From positions 49,848,001 to 49,912,000 of the forward strand of contig CM097884.1 of NCBI GenBank assembly GCA_044892505.1: a DNA stretch of 64,000 nucleotides, read 5' to 3'. Of the stretch, positions 61,945 to 64,000 are shown piece after piece. The notes under the pieces are model-generated. The model ran no database searches, had not been told where the DNA came from, and saw nothing but the letters and a program-made list of their open reading frames with translations. Made by a program: the position numbers and the translations under genes. Every line of letters begins with the position of its first letter. The first letter of the stretch is position 1. The stretch comes from Schmidtea nova. Taxonomy: Eukaryota.

Positions 61945-62430
61945 AAGTTGTATTTAAAAATTTTGAATGCCTTCAGACAACAGGCATTCAGGGAAAAAAC
62001 TATGTATAATTCCATTTATTAAAACAATTTATAAAATAAAATTTCATAAATTTTAAATATTATTTTAAAAGTACATTTTTAATTTTTCTTTAAATGATTG
62101 ATAAAATTTTAATTTTTAATGAATTTTAAAAATTGTTTCAAAAAATCATTCATTTAATTTTAACAAAACAAATTTTATTATTATTTAAATACAAAGTTGT
62201 ATTTAAAAATTTTGAATGCCTTCAAACAGGCATTCAGGGAAAAAAACTATGTATAATTCCATTTATTAAAACAATTTATAAAATAAAATTCCATAAATTT
62301 TAAATATTATTTTAAAAGTGCATTTTTAATTTTTCTTTAAATGATTGATAAAATTTAATTTTTAATGAATTTTAAAAATTGTTTTAAAAAAGTTATTCAT
62401 TTAATTTTAACAAAACATATTTTATTATTA
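61945..62430. repeat. Tandem duplication, period 249 bp, each copy with a 9-bp hairpin
   Basis: 61945-62183 is about equal to 62194-62430. Both carry TGAATGCCT...AGGCATTCA. Confidence 0.9.
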
Positions 62431-63135
62431 AAATGAATTAATCCAACAACACACTCATGCTACTATCCAAACAATTTAAAAACTTTCAAAATACACGTGT
62501 TCACCGCATTCTGTACAGTAAATTTTGTATTTAAAGTTCTTCACTTCTAATGCGTTCATAATGATTGTTAAGATTTTAAAATCATTCATACCAATTTTTT
62601 AATTTGTCTTTTTGTGATCACTAATATTTGGTCTACCATGTTCAAGAACTCGGCTGCAGAGATGACACACAGTCTCCAGTAAATGTAGCATTACATCTAA
62701 TTATGATAGCAGTTCCAAGATTCAATAAACGAGATATAAACACATGAAAAAGCCATGGCCATCAAATTGTCAAGACAAGCTCTATATTAGTGCAAAAAGA
62801 ATTTTTCAAATATCTCAAAAGAACTATATCTATAGTTGATGGGATTGAAGATCGATAAATAGTGATAATTTAGAAAACTCAAGAATTCCGATAGGAAAAG
62901 AGGTAGATCTTGGCGAGCTTTATTATTATTGAGAGAAAAAATTTAAAAATCTCAAAAATAATGATAACAATAATTAATAAATTACTTGAATAATTTTATG
63001 TCCATATTTATTTACTTTTAGAAAATCGAAAAATGTGTTTATTAAGTAATTCATATTATAACTCATAAAATTTTAAAAATAAACACCAATTAGTATCACT
63101 ATACATTAGATGCAATGAAATAAATAAATCATTAC

Positions 63136-63554
63136 CATCACAATTTCCACTCTCCAAATAATCAAGTGCTGCAAATAGAGCAAGGGTTCCGCTGAAACAA
63201 GCATTTTTTCATCGAGTCCTTGAATATCTGTATTTCCATACCGTTCGAACAGTTCCATAAGAACAGTTTTGGTAGATTTGGATTTATCAATTAATGTTTC
63301 AGTGCCAACCTTTGAGGAAAAGAGGATTTCAAATAAAAAATCTACTTATAGGAATCCAATGTCATTAGGATCGATAAGATTGTTCTCTAATAACTGTTTA
63401 GTAACAGTTAAGGCAATTGCGTTAATGTCTTCTAAATCGCTAAATACACCCATTTTTATTTAACAAAGTCCAATAGTGTATTTCTCTAAACAGTTATCTG
63501 ACTTGTCCAAATCTTTTTGATCTATACATGTATTTGGATAATACACGTCAACAT
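63136..63554 (-). pseudogene. HMGCS: HMG-CoA synthase pseudogene fragment (exons 63554-63346 and 63309-63136, 36-nt intron)
   Basis: DVDVYYPN..IDQ.DL...KYTIGLC*IKMG..SDLEDIN...IGFL*|[31 protein letters not shown], then a 1-nt frameshift in an A run, then NACFSGT.ALF.ALD.LES. Two TAA codons (63462-63460, 63348-63346) and one frameshift. Confidence 0.9.
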
Positions 63555-63779
63555 CTTAAATAGATAGACATTTTTTTTCAAAATAAATGGCCTTAATAAA
63601 AAATATTATTTAAACAACATACATTTAAAAGAAATAGGGTTTTAGTATTTTAAATAGAGATTGTAAAATTAATTGTAAAATTGTTGTATAGGGTTTCTCA
63701 TTTGATAGTACGACCTGTTTATTAGAAAGTGTTAATATTTCATTAATTAGTGTTTTTGACAATGTGGTAATTTATTTAT

Positions 63780-64000
63780 AGTTATTATTTAGAAGATTGT
63801 TGTCTTTTAAAATCGTGACAACAAGCACATCCATTGGTGCATGAAACACGCATTGATTCCTTACAAACAACGGAATTTTCAACGCACTAGACACCAGCTC
63901 CAAGCACCATATCATAATGCATTTCTAGCAACTCTTCGATATTGATCCCCGTGTATTGGTATATTTTATGTACCAACAACTCGGGGGCACAATAATCGAG
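63780..64000 (-). pseudogene. Protein kinase subdomain VIII-IX fragment (runs off the window)
   Basis: LDYCAPELL, then after a frameshift (D)IWCLELV...LKIPLF, resembling Y.APE...DIWSLG.V...G.PLF. Confidence 0.45.

Noticed and set aside
63346-63462. TAA reassigned to an amino acid (alternative genetic code)
   Set aside because: The TAAs fall at Gln, Glu and Lys positions in different genes, the HMGCS fragment also has a frameshift, AHCY has no in-frame TAA/TAG in 434 codons, and the hAT frame ends at TAA where expected.

Overview
AT-rich eukaryotic DNA, probably from an animal with very short (36-50 nt) GT-AG introns, dominated by transposon debris. It holds one clearly intact host gene, adenosylhomocysteinase (AHCY, minus strand, 3 exons, about 434 aa), plus a broken HMG-CoA synthase and a kinase fragment at the right end. 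Recognisable mobile DNA: three decayed Ty3/Gypsy elements, three hAT transposase elements (one almost intact, with TIRs and TSD), two hAT MITEs with 8-bp TSDs, a piggyBac-type MITE, and remnants of mariner, MULE, hATm-like and piggyBac transposases and an Ulp1 protease. Two things are not explained by these. (1) A repeated family of units with no RT or transposase (23.5, 40.1-43.6, 53.7-55.9 and 55.8-58.6 kb). They combine an LTR-like promoter module, leaders with covarying RNA hairpin arrays, an unknown ORF-A, an unknown coiled-coil ORF-B whose ATG sits just after an AG acceptor, and a conserved 3' segment. (2) An 8.8-kb apparent satellite that is a tandem array of five symmetric phase-2 exons with a 2026-bp higher-order period. 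All alignments were made by eye and no database search was run. No rRNA, tRNA or CRISPR array was found.
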